From positions 96,751 through 120,750 of the forward strand of contig NZ_QGGP01000005.1 of assembly GCF_003148645.1 (NCBI RefSeq): a stretch of DNA of 24,000 nt, read 5' to 3'. The DNA is from Xanthomarina spongicola. Its GTDB lineage: Bacteria; Bacteroidota; Bacteroidia; Flavobacteriales; Flavobacteriaceae. Below are positions 8,068 to 17,419 of the stretch, piece after piece. Numbering within the stretch: position 1 is the stretch's first letter; every line of letters begins with the position of its first letter. The notes beneath the pieces were generated by a model that was not told where the DNA came from, ran no database searches, and worked only from the letters and a program-made list of their open reading frames with translations. Both the position numbers and the translations under genes were made by a program.

Positions 8068-11000
8068 TTATAGTATAACAAGTTTCTCTATTTTTTCGAC
8101 GGTTTTATTTAACGTAGCAGATCTTACTGTAAGTTTATAAATATAAACTCCTTTACCTATTTTGTCTCCAAAATCGTCTCTTCCATCCCATATAATTTCT
8201 CTAGATAAGGATGAAGCTCCATTATTACAACATTCACCACTGTTTGTTTGCCCACTTAAGGTTCTAACTATTTTACCTGTAACAGTGAATATTTGAACTA
8301 AAACGTCTAAAGGTTCCGAACTATTGTGGTTAAACCAAAATTCTGTGTAATTAACAAAAGGATTTGGATAATTTAAAACATTATCGATAACCAACTCTTG
8401 ATTCTCGTCAAACACCACAAATTGTATTTCAGTTGTGGATGAATTATTATAAACATCCCAAGCTTTTATTGTTAATGTGTGCATTCCTGCTTCTAAATCT
8501 CTTAAGGGATAAGTAACAACTCCTCTTTGGTAATCGTCTAGTTCTGTTTGATAATAATCATTTAACACATAAGGATTGGCTTCATCTCCATCAAGAATTC
8601 CAACAATATCATGACCAATGCCACTAGCTGTATTAATACCATTATCATCTTGCAGTTTTAATATAAGACTTGGTGAGCTATTTGTTATACCTCCAGAAAC
8701 AAAACTTTCATCATTCATATATGCATTAATTACAGGGCCAATATTATCCTCTTCTGCATTTTCATTCAATCCACCTATTTGAACTTGACCTACACTTGCT
8801 CCAGTGTGGTCAATAAGTTGATTTTGTTTTTTTGCGTAAAAACTAACCTTACCAAACCCAACTGGAATACCAATATCTCGGGGAACTACAAATTCTATAT
8901 CGAATTGGCCATTAGTTATAGATGATTGCCCTCTAAAAATAATAGCTCCAAGAGTTTCAAAATCCATGATAATTACCTGCCCACTATCTCTGGTTCCGTC
9001 ATTTCCTAGGGTTTGTCTATCAATTTTTTTATCATAAATAGTTGACGAAAGTATACCGTTAAAATCACTCATAACATTTCCTGATGCATCAAGTACTTCT
9101 CCAGACAACTTAACGCGTCCTAATGCTTGAAGCACATCAGTTGTTCCTGTAATTGGAGTATCATTTATTTTTGTTAAAACAATATTAGGCTTAGGGAAGG
9201 CTAATTTCATAGCAGGATCTCCTATAAAAAACACCAGTCTTCTTTGACCTCCATTTGAAATTGCTGGATTATTTTTTGTAAGTCGCAATGCTTCAGCCAT
9301 GCTTGGGTATTCGTTATCAGGAATATTATCATTTTCACTATATGAGAATAGATATTCCTCCAAAATCGTATTAAAAGTAACTCCTACATTTACATAAATT
9401 TGCCTAGTAGTTGTTATTAAACCAATAGCTCCACCCTCTTTATTCCAATACGTATATTCTCCAGCTGTTGGACGAATTGGATTATCGAATTTGGTAAACT
9501 CACAAGTTACAGTTACAAAACAATTAAGTTTACAAACATTATTTAATTCCTGTGCATCTGGTTTTTCGAAAATTCGCTCGTGGGCTAAACCATCTTCACC
9601 TCCATGTCCAAAATAATTAACAACTAGCGCTCCTGTTTCTAAAGCATTTTTTATGGCAGTATTTACTGTTGGGTATCTATCTCCTCCAGCTGAAGACTCC
9701 TGTTGAAAGGCATCTGAATGTATTTTAGTAACATTTATAAATGGTTTTTTGGCAGTCACCACATTCCCAATAGAATCTGTGGTTACCTGAAGTATTTTCT
9801 CCCAAGATTCATCTACATCGTCTGATATAACAACAAAATTATTTCTCCAACTACCAAAAGAAGATTCAATATAATATCTTTCAACTTTATCTACCATGTC
9901 TTTAGCTCTTTGGTAAGAATCTGCTAAAATTCTACCAACTGCTAAATCTAATTTATCTGAAATATCCATGGATCCTTCATTAAAATCCATCATGCCATAA
10001 AAATCGTCTGAAACAAACGAACTGGTTAAATTAAAACTATTGTAAGCATGCCAAGAAGGAACAATATTCGTGTTATTTGGAATTCTATCTTTATAATCGA
10101 ATGATCCATCACCAAATAAACATACATACTTAATTCTTTTATCTGGTGTACTAGCATTATCATAAATATATTTTACAAAATTTCTAATGGCCCCAATATC
10201 TTGATTCCCTGTACTAAACTCTGAATATATTTTATACAATGGAACAACCTTCACATTTAATTGATTAACATTTCTATTAATTTGAGCCAACCTTTCAGCT
10301 TGATTCATGTAACTATTTGGAGTAATAATTAAATAATCTATATCTTTAAATTGCCCTTGTGAATCTTGAAAAATAGTCCCTTTTAAATCCTGATTATTAA
10401 CTGTTTTATAAGCACCAATAGTTGGTTCATAATAATTTAAAGGTGTAACAATGGCATAGTATTTTAATGACCCTAATGAAGATGCAAAACTGATGTTAGA
10501 ACTATTATCTGAGTTTACAAGATTGGTGACATTATAAATATCTGTTACATTCCATATTTCAGATACTTGAGACGTATTTGTTAGATTATATTGACCAATC
10601 CCAGACATTTGTGAAACAGCATTATTTCTAAATGTATATTGATTACCAGAAAAATTTAACATTCTTGTAGCCTCAATTGATATATAATCTATATAAGCTA
10701 AAGCTGAAGGAATCCCTCCATCATTATGTGTTAAACTAACTGATAAATTTGAAGAATTAACAAGAATATTGTCATCAAAACTATTCTCTTGAGCAAGATT
10801 AGAATCTGTAATTGCTGGCAATGATAAAGAAACTATATTATTTCCATTAATTGCAATCTGCATGCTAGTTGCTATTTCAGAAGTAGAACCAAGAAAAACT
10901 TTGAAATTTATTGGTTCTGTAGTAACTAAATCTGGAAAAGAAAAATCGAAGGTTTTAGTGTCTTCAATATCGAATTTATCACCAAACCATCTTCTTCCAA

Positions 11001-11946
11001 CACTTACTAAGTTATATTCGTCCTTTTCATGAAATTTATAATCTTGAAAGGTATCAATGGTTATGTCAATAGGTCCAGAAGGTTGAACAAAAGGTTGTAT
11101 TCTTTTCCCATGACCAGAACTTATATTAATATAGTAATAAGTTTTATCTGTATAACAGTTTAAATTAGTATTACTTCCTTGGTTATATCCTTTTGGTCCT
11201 TGTCCATAAAAAAGTATGTAATCAGTATCATTAAAAACACCATCGGTTTCACCAATAATCTTAATAGCATTTTCTTGCACATCTATAGGGTAAGGCTCAG
11301 AATTAGCATAAGGAATCATTCTTCCGCCATTTCCATATAATTTTATAGTTCTTGGATCTATGTTATCTATATTGATTCCTAAATCTGCCAGAAAATCTTT
11401 TGTAATTTTAAAAACTCCAGTTTTATCTATTTGAAATTTATACCATTGACCACTACTCAAAACAGAATTTGTAATTACTCGATTATTATAAGTATTATTA
11501 GTTTGTAATCTTCCATTTGTATAAGAAATAGAAAATGATGTAACTTTCTTATACAAACCTTGACTTGATTTAACTATAGGTGATAAAACAAAATAAGCAT
11601 AATATGTATTCCTTGCTATTGAAGTTTTTAAACTATAAGTCAATTCACTTGGAATTGTTTCAATATTTAAATCCTTTAAATCAGCTTTAGAAATAGTTGT
11701 ATACTGAACATTAGATACTAAAACTGAGTTTTCATCCACAGCCTGTGAAATAGGCCACTGAGATACAAATTGTAGACCTTCGTTTAAATTATAATTAAAA
11801 TTCTCTTCATTAAATGAAGGTAGTATTAACTTAAAACTTTCTGTAGATAACACTTTATTTCCTTCCCATCTAATTTCAAATTGCTTTTGTTGGGAATAGG
11901 TTAAAAATGTGACAAAAAGTAATAGGGATAATAATTTCTTTTTCAT
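8068..11946 (-). CDS. porU: Type IX secretion system sortase / C-terminal signal peptidase PorU (C25 gingipain-like)
   Basis: 1292 aa with a signal peptide. Cysteine-peptidase His/Cys dyad context NYFGHGGEDG (His codon 9604-9606) and FVTVTCEFTKF (Cys codon 9502-9504). C-terminal T9SS CTD-like segment (VLNYPNPFVNYTEFWF...GVYIYKLTV). Synteny with porV and gldJ. Confidence 0.85.
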   Translation of the reverse strand: MKKKLLSLLLFVTFLTYSQQKQFEIRWEGNKVLSTESFKLILPSFNEENFNYNLNEGLQFVSQWPISQAVDENSVLVSNVQYTTISKADLKDLNIETIPSELTYSLKTSIARNTYYAYFVLSPIVKSSQGLYKKVTSFSISYTNGRLQTNNTYNNRVITNSVLSSGQWYKFQIDKTGVFKITKDFLADLGINIDNIDPRTIKLYGNGGRMIPYANSEPYPIDVQENAIKIIGETDGVFNDTDYILFYGQGPKGYNQGSNTNLNCYTDKTYYYINISSGHGKRIQPFVQPSGPIDITIDTFQDYKFHEKDEYNLVSVGRRWFGDKFDIEDTKTFDFSFPDLVTTEPINFKVFLGSTSEIATSMQIAINGNNIVSLSLPAITDSNLAQENSFDDNILVNSSNLSVSLTHNDGGIPSALAYIDYISIEATRMLNFSGNQYTFRNNAVSQMSGIGQYNLTNTSQVSEIWNVTDIYNVTNLVNSDNSSNISFASSLGSLKYYAIVTPLNYYEPTIGAYKTVNNQDLKGTIFQDSQGQFKDIDYLIITPNSYMNQAERLAQINRNVNQLNVKVVPLYKIYSEFSTGNQDIGAIRNFVKYIYDNASTPDKRIKYVCLFGDGSFDYKDRIPNNTNIVPSWHAYNSFNLTSSFVSDDFYGMMDFNEGSMDISDKLDLAVGRILADSYQRAKDMVDKVERYYIESSFGSWRNNFVVISDDVDESWEKILQVTTDSIGNVVTAKKPFINVTKIHSDAFQQESSAGGDRYPTVNTAIKNALETGALVVNYFGHGGEDGLAHERIFEKPDAQELNNVCKLNCFVTVTCEFTKFDNPIRPTAGEYTYWNKEGGAIGLITTTRQIYVNVGVTFNTILEEYLFSYSENDNIPDNEYPSMAEALRLTKNNPAISNGGQRRLVFFIGDPAMKLAFPKPNIVLTKINDTPITGTTDVLQALGRVKLSGEVLDASGNVMSDFNGILSSTIYDKKIDRQTLGNDGTRDSGQVIIMDFETLGAIIFRGQSSITNGQFDIEFVVPRDIGIPVGFGKVSFYAKKQNQLIDHTGASVGQVQIGGLNENAEEDNIGPVINAYMNDESFVSGGITNSSPSLILKLQDDNGINTASGIGHDIVGILDGDEANPYVLNDYYQTELDDYQRGVVTYPLRDLEAGMHTLTIKAWDVYNNSSTTEIQFVVFDENQELVIDNVLNYPNPFVNYTEFWFNHNSSEPLDVLVQIFTVTGKIVRTLSGQTNSGECCNNGASSLSREIIWDGRDDFGDKIGKGVYIYKLTVRSATLNKTVEKIEKLVIL

Positions 11947-12062
11947 TGAATAAATAACGTGAATAATTGCTTGATATTATTAAAGAGTAAACAATTTTAA
12001 ATAAACGTTTCAAAATTACAATAATAATTTATAAAAATGTGCGTTATTTAAACACAAAATAG

Positions 12063-12149
12063 AAGTTAAAAACGCAAAAATCATCGTTGTAACGTATAAT
12101 AAATAGGATGAAATGCGTATTTTTTTAATCAATTTTTGCTTTTTAACTT
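12063..12149. promoter_or_regulatory. Imperfect inverted repeat (18 bp plus 1-nt bulge, 50-nt spacer) in the porU/gldJ divergent intergenic region
   Basis: 12063-12081 AAGTTAAAAACGCAAAAAT pairs with 12132-12149 ATTTTTGCTTTTTAACTT; only C12073 is unpaired. Function unknown (operator or 5'-UTR structure). Confidence 0.35.
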
Positions 12150-12216
12150 GTAATATTCGCTATATTTCTTATATTGCGTCACCAAAAACATGATAAGCTT
12201 ACTTAAAAGTATGGAT

Positions 12217-13899
12217 ATGAAAAAAGTAATAGCATTTAAGATATTGTTAGTATTAACAATTTCTATAACAACAGTTGGTTGTAAAAGATCATCAAGTTCA
12301 AATAGCTCTAGAGCTACTGGTTGGGATATAAACTCCAGAGATGGAGGTTTCCAATACAATACTCAATTTAAAGAACAAGAAACTGCTCCAGGTTTAGTTT
12401 TTGTAGAAGGTGGAACTTTTACAATGGGTAAAGTTCAAGACGATGTTATGCACGACTGGAACAATACACCAAATCAACAACACATTCAGTCATTCTATAT
12501 GGATGAAACTGAAGTAACCAACAAAATGTATATGGAATACCTTGATTGGTTAAAAAGAATTTATCCTCCAACAGAAGATAACTACAAAGCTATATACAAT
12601 GGTGCACTTCCAGACACATTAGTTTGGAGAAATAGATTAGGTTATAACGAAGTTATGACTGAAAACTATTTGCGTCATCCTGGTTATGGTGAGTATCCTG
12701 TAGTTGGTGTAAGCTGGATTCAAGCTGTAGAATTTGCTAGCTGGAGAACAGATCGTGTAAACGAAATGTACTTAGAAGATGCTGGTTACATTACTAGAGA
12801 TGCTAAAATTGCTGCAACAACAGGAGAAACATTTAATACCAATACCTACATAATGGCTCCAACCCAAGTATATGGAGGTAACGATAGTCTTACTAACCCA
12901 GAAAACACTCGAAGAAGAGTTAACACAACTGCTTCTGGAGATACAACTGGTGTTTACGCTGGTAGAGAAACAGGAATTATTTCTCCTAGCTATAGATTAC
13001 CAACTGAAGCTGAATGGGAATATGCTGCTTTAGGCTTAACAGAATTACGTAATTACAATATTTACAGAGGTAGAAAAAAATACCCTTGGGATGGACAATA
13101 CACGCGTTCAGGAAAACGTCAAGTTAGAGGTGATCAATTGGCTAACTTCAAACAAGGTAATGGAGATTATGGTGGAATAGCTGGATGGTCTGATGATGGT
13201 GCAGATATTACTAACGAAGTAAAAAAATATGAACCAAATGATTTTGGTTTATATGACATGGCTGGAAACGTTGCCGAATGGGTAGCTGATGTTTACAGAC
13301 CTATTGTTGACGACGAGTTTAACGACTTTAACTATTATCGTGGAAATGTTTACACTAAAAATGCTATTAATGAAGATGGAACAGTTAAAATTGTAACTAC
13401 AGACGAAATTGTTTTCGATACTTTACCTAATGGAAAAGTTATTGCTAGAGATTTACCTGGTGAAATTTCGCAAGTTGCAGTAGACGAAGACGAAACATAT
13501 TTAAGACAAAACTTCGATAGAAGTGATAATAGAAACTTTAGAGATGGAGACAGACAATCATCTCGTCAATACAGAGAAAGTTTTAGTGAAGAAGATGGTG
13601 TTGCAACTGAATCTTCAATGACTGGTAAAATGTATAATTCTCCTAAACACAATGTTGATGTAGATGATTCTACAGGTGCATTAATAAGAGAATACGATAA
13701 ATCTAATAAGAGAACATCTTTAATTAACGACGAAGTTCGTGTGTACAAAGGTGGTTCTTGGAAAGATAGAGAATACTGGTTAGATCCTGCTCAAAGACGT
13801 TACTTCCCACAAACTATGGCTACAGATTATATTGGCTTTAGATGTGCAATGTCAAGAGTTGGCTCTAAATCTAAAAGCAAGAACAAAACAAAAAATTAA
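12217..13899 (+). CDS. gldJ: Gliding motility lipoprotein GldJ (SUMF1/FGE-like domains)
   Basis: The preferred start is the ATG at 12217, giving MKKVIAFKILLVLTISITTVGC (lipoprotein signal) rather than the track start at 12190. Sulfatase-modifying-factor-like blocks (FVEGGTFTMG, PVVGVSWIQAVEFASWR, RLPTEAEWEYAA, YDMAGNVAEW, GGSW...IGFRCA). Conserved position between porU and murF. Confidence 0.85.
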   Translation: MKKVIAFKILLVLTISITTVGCKRSSSSNSSRATGWDINSRDGGFQYNTQFKEQETAPGLVFVEGGTFTMGKVQDDVMHDWNNTPNQQHIQSFYMDETEVTNKMYMEYLDWLKRIYPPTEDNYKAIYNGALPDTLVWRNRLGYNEVMTENYLRHPGYGEYPVVGVSWIQAVEFASWRTDRVNEMYLEDAGYITRDAKIAATTGETFNTNTYIMAPTQVYGGNDSLTNPENTRRRVNTTASGDTTGVYAGRETGIISPSYRLPTEAEWEYAALGLTELRNYNIYRGRKKYPWDGQYTRSGKRQVRGDQLANFKQGNGDYGGIAGWSDDGADITNEVKKYEPNDFGLYDMAGNVAEWVADVYRPIVDDEFNDFNYYRGNVYTKNAINEDGTVKIVTTDEIVFDTLPNGKVIARDLPGEISQVAVDEDETYLRQNFDRSDNRNFRDGDRQSSRQYRESFSEEDGVATESSMTGKMYNSPKHNVDVDDSTGALIREYDKSNKRTSLINDEVRVYKGGSWKDREYWLDPAQRRYFPQTMATDYIGFRCAMSRVGSKSKSKNKTKN

Positions 13900-13916
13900 G
13901 AATATTTATATCTTTT

Positions 13917-13950
13917 AAAAAAGTCCTAACAATTAGTTAGGACTTTTTTT
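13917..13950 (+). terminator. Strong intrinsic terminator after gldJ
   Basis: AGTCCTAAC (13922-13930) / loop AATTA / GTTAGGACT (13936-13944), extendable by A5:T5 pairs and followed by a T7 tract ending at 13950. Confidence 0.75.
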
Positions 13951-13963
13951 ATACTTTTATTTT

Positions 13964-15238
13964 ATGAATATAGAACAACTGCACACACTCTTTTTAAAAC
14001 ATCCATCTGTTTCTACAGACACGAGAAAAATTTCTAAAAACGATTTGTATTTTGCCCTTAAAGGTGACAACTTTAATGGTAACGCATTTACTAAACAAGC
14101 TTTAGAAAATGGTGCTTCCTATTGTATTATAGACGAAGAGGAATTTGCTACAAACAAGCAATGTATTGTGGTTGAAGATGTATTAACAACATTACAGGAA
14201 TTAGCAACTTTTCATAGAAAATATTTAAAGTTACCTATTATTGCTTTAACTGGAAGTAATGGTAAAACAACTACCAAAGAGTTAATTCATGCAGTACTTT
14301 CAAAAAAATTCAAAACCTCTGCAACTATTGGCAATCTTAACAACCATATTGGCGTGCCTTTAACTCTTTTAAAAATGACTAATACCACTGAAATTGGTAT
14401 TGTTGAAATGGGAGCCAATCATAAAAAAGAAATTGAGTTTTTATGCAACATTGCCTTACCAGATTATGGTCTAATTACCAATTTCGGGAAAGCACATTTA
14501 GAAGGTTTTGGAAGCGTTGAAGGCGTTATTGAAGGAAAATCGGAGCTCTATAAACATCTTATTACTCATAAGAAAACCATTTTTGTCAATTCTAACGATC
14601 CTATTCAGTTAGAAAAAAGCAAAGCAGCTAAAACCATTACTTTTGGTACTAGCAAAATGGATGATTTTATTATTCATTTTAAAAGTGCCCAACCAAATGT
14701 AAGCGTTACTTTTAATAATATTGAAATAAACAGCCAGCTAATTGGCGAATATAATTTCAATAATATTTCTGTAGCTATTGCCATTGGCGCATATTTCAAA
14801 GTAGAAGAAAATCTAATTAAAGACGCCATTGAAAAATATGTTCCACAAAACAATAGATCTCAAATAGTTGAAAAAGGTGCTATCAAAATTATTTTGGATG
14901 CCTACAATGCTAATCCTTCAAGTATGACAGTTGCCTTGCAAAATTTCGAAAAATTACAAGCTAAAAATAAAATAGCCATTCTTGGTGATATGTTCGAATT
15001 AGGTCAAGATGCCAAAAAAGAACACATAGCTATTGCAGAACTGGCTAATTCATTAAAATTATCAAAAGTTATTTTTATAGGTGAAAATTTTCATGATGCC
15101 ATTCCAAAAAGCAATGAAACATATAAAACGTTCAACAATTTTAAAGAGCATTTCAAATTAGACACTTTAAAAAATACCACTTTATTAATAAAAGGTTCTC
15201 GTGGCATGGCTTTGGAGCGTATTCTTGAGTTGTTATAA
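13964..15238 (+). CDS. murF: UDP-N-acetylmuramoyl-tripeptide--D-alanyl-D-alanine ligase
   Basis: Mur ligase P-loop LTGSNGKTTTKE. MurF-type N-terminus (VSTDTRKISKNDLYFALKGDNFNGNAF), DAYNANPSSM and GDMFELG blocks, C-terminal KGSRGM. Confidence 0.9.
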   Translation: MNIEQLHTLFLKHPSVSTDTRKISKNDLYFALKGDNFNGNAFTKQALENGASYCIIDEEEFATNKQCIVVEDVLTTLQELATFHRKYLKLPIIALTGSNGKTTTKELIHAVLSKKFKTSATIGNLNNHIGVPLTLLKMTNTTEIGIVEMGANHKKEIEFLCNIALPDYGLITNFGKAHLEGFGSVEGVIEGKSELYKHLITHKKTIFVNSNDPIQLEKSKAAKTITFGTSKMDDFIIHFKSAQPNVSVTFNNIEINSQLIGEYNFNNISVAIAIGAYFKVEENLIKDAIEKYVPQNNRSQIVEKGAIKIILDAYNANPSSMTVALQNFEKLQAKNKIAILGDMFELGQDAKKEHIAIAELANSLKLSKVIFIGENFHDAIPKSNETYKTFNNFKEHFKLDTLKNTTLLIKGSRGMALERILELL

Positions 15239-15305
15239 ACAGATTGGAATTATTATATTAACTTCACTTTCTATTATTAGTATATATAATCTAAGACTTA
15301 TTCCA

Positions 15306-17330
15306 TTGAAAATTATTGTGTACTTATTCTTTTTGGCATTCATTTTAAGTTGTAATCAAACAACAAAAACGGTTCCTTTTGAACCCCAAGAAACAGCACT
15401 TGCTCTTAGTCAAGATATTCTAGATTATCGAATAACACCAAAGGATTCCTCGGATAGATCTGGATTCATGTTTTCCGATCAAGGCTCATGGTTTGCCTAC
15501 AGCCTCCCTAAAACAACTAAAAATAATATTGGTTTTTCTGGACCTTTTTTAATGACACAAGAAAATGGAGTTTGGAGTAGTCCTATTTTATCAAATTTAT
15601 CTTTATCGACCCAACAATCTAAAGATCAATTAATTCATTTTAATAATGATTTGGTTGAGCAACATAGTTATTCAAGTCACCTTTCACAGCTCTTTAGAAA
15701 CTCAGAAATAGAATTAAAGCAAGAACTTGTTTATATTTCTGGACATACAGCTTTACAAAGAACAACCATTACAAATAATAGCAAAAGAGAAATTCCAATT
15801 CAAGCCAAAATTCATGGGCAAGTTTTTGATATAGGAATGAAACTTTACAACGAAAACGGTCTTATTAAATTAGTTTCCAAAAATTCTGAAGCCATAGGTT
15901 ACATTCAATTAGCAGAAGACATTGAAAAAATAGATATATCTAATGAAAACACGTATTACTCACTTCAACTTAAAGAATTTAATTTACAGCCTGGTGAATC
16001 TAAAGAAATCATCATTTCACAGACCTTTATTTTTCCAGAATATTCTTGGGACTTAGAAAAAAAGTTCATTGCCAAAACTAACTTCGATTCTATTCTAAAA
16101 GTTCGTCAACTTGAAAAAGAGATACAATTAAAAGGCATTCTTGATAATCGGGATTCAACCTTTAATGACACAATTTATGCTGAAGTATTAATAAAAGCAC
16201 ATCTAACGCTTCAAAATAATTGGCGAATAGCTGCAGGAGCTCTAAAACACGAAGGTCTTTTCCCAAGTTATCATTACCAATGGTTTAATGGCTTTTGGGC
16301 TTGGGACTCATGGAAACATGCTGTTGGCTTATCATATTTCAATATTCCTTTAGCAAAAAACCAAATGCGCGCCATGTTTGATTTTCAACTTGAAAATGGC
16401 TTTATTCTAGATTGTATTTTTAGAGATACTACAATTGAAGCGCATAATTATAGAGATACGAAGCCTCCACTTGCTGCATGGGCAGTTTCTGAAATACACA
16501 AAAAGGACAAAGATTTAAGCTTTTTAAAAGAGTTTTATCCGAAGCTTAAAAAATATCATTATTGGTGGTATAAAGAAAGAGATCATGACCAAGATGGTCT
16601 ATGCGAATTTGGTTCTACCGATGGAAGTTTAATTGCCGCTAAATGGGAAAGTGGTATGGATAATGCTATTCGTTTCGATGATTCTAAAATTCTAAAAAAT
16701 GCTGAAAACGCATATTCTCTTGATCAAGAAAGTGTTGACTTAAATGCTTATCTCTATGCTGAAAAAATATATTTAAGCGAAATAGCTTTGATATTAGATC
16801 GTCCTTTAGATAGCAAGAAATTTACCTCAGAAGCGATTCAATTAAAACAAAAAATTCAGTCCCAATTTTATGATCCTAATGATAAATGGTTTTACGACAC
16901 CAATTTAGAAGGCACAGTATTTATTAAAGGTGAAGGTAGTGAAGGTTGGACAGCACTTTGGGCAAACGCAGCAACCCAAGAACAAGCAGAAGAAGTAAAA
17001 AATATAATGATGCAACCTGAAAAGTTTTTCACTAAAGTTCCCTTTCAGACAATGAGCGCAGATCACCCAAAGTTTAATCCGTTAAATGGATATTGGAGAG
17101 GTCCAAACTGGTTAGATCAAGCCTATTTTGGTGTTAAAGGATTACGGAATTACGGTTTTAATATAGAAGCCGATAAAGCCACCATTCAAATAATAAATAG
17201 TGCAGATGGACTTTTAGAAAAAGGGAAATCTATTAGAGAAAATTACCACCCTATTACAGGAGAAGGTTTAAATGCTGAAAATTTTAGTTGGAGTGCAGCT
17301 CACATCATCATGCTATTATTAAAAGATTAA
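15306..17330 (+). CDS. (alpha/alpha)6-barrel glycoside hydrolase, GH63/YgjK-like (trehalase-like clan), lipoprotein
   Basis: Blocks FWAWDSWKH, KPPLAAWAV, DQDGLCEF, WESGMDNAIRFD, GYWRGPNWLDQAYF, ENYHPITGEG..NFSWSAAH resemble the GH63/GH37-type catalytic domain. An in-frame TTG at 15306 gives (M)KIIVYLFFLAFILSC, a lipoprotein signal. The track's GTG start at 15201 overlaps murF and is probably wrong. Confidence 0.65.
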   Translation: MKIIVYLFFLAFILSCNQTTKTVPFEPQETALALSQDILDYRITPKDSSDRSGFMFSDQGSWFAYSLPKTTKNNIGFSGPFLMTQENGVWSSPILSNLSLSTQQSKDQLIHFNNDLVEQHSYSSHLSQLFRNSEIELKQELVYISGHTALQRTTITNNSKREIPIQAKIHGQVFDIGMKLYNENGLIKLVSKNSEAIGYIQLAEDIEKIDISNENTYYSLQLKEFNLQPGESKEIIISQTFIFPEYSWDLEKKFIAKTNFDSILKVRQLEKEIQLKGILDNRDSTFNDTIYAEVLIKAHLTLQNNWRIAAGALKHEGLFPSYHYQWFNGFWAWDSWKHAVGLSYFNIPLAKNQMRAMFDFQLENGFILDCIFRDTTIEAHNYRDTKPPLAAWAVSEIHKKDKDLSFLKEFYPKLKKYHYWWYKERDHDQDGLCEFGSTDGSLIAAKWESGMDNAIRFDDSKILKNAENAYSLDQESVDLNAYLYAEKIYLSEIALILDRPLDSKKFTSEAIQLKQKIQSQFYDPNDKWFYDTNLEGTVFIKGEGSEGWTALWANAATQEQAEEVKNIMMQPEKFFTKVPFQTMSADHPKFNPLNGYWRGPNWLDQAYFGVKGLRNYGFNIEADKATIQIINSADGLLEKGKSIRENYHPITGEGLNAENFSWSAAHIIMLLLKD

Positions 17331-17419
17331 CTTCTAACAAATAATAATTTAAGATTTTAAAATAGATGTTTTATGCATATATTTAACTTTCATTGAATAC
17401 AAATAACAAACTTCATATT

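Noticed and set aside
12129-12359. 76-aa minus-strand ORF spanning the gldJ start region
   Set aside because: Overlaps the gldJ signal-peptide coding region on the opposite strand and the intergenic inverted repeat; no motif; almost certainly spurious.
13566-13748. 60-aa minus-strand ORF
   Set aside because: Antisense inside gldJ.
15201-15305. GTG-initiated 5' extension of the glycosidase ORF overlapping murF by 38 nt
   Set aside because: The extension has no signal-peptide logic, whereas the in-frame TTG at 15306 yields a canonical lipoprotein signal. Treated as a longest-ORF artefact.
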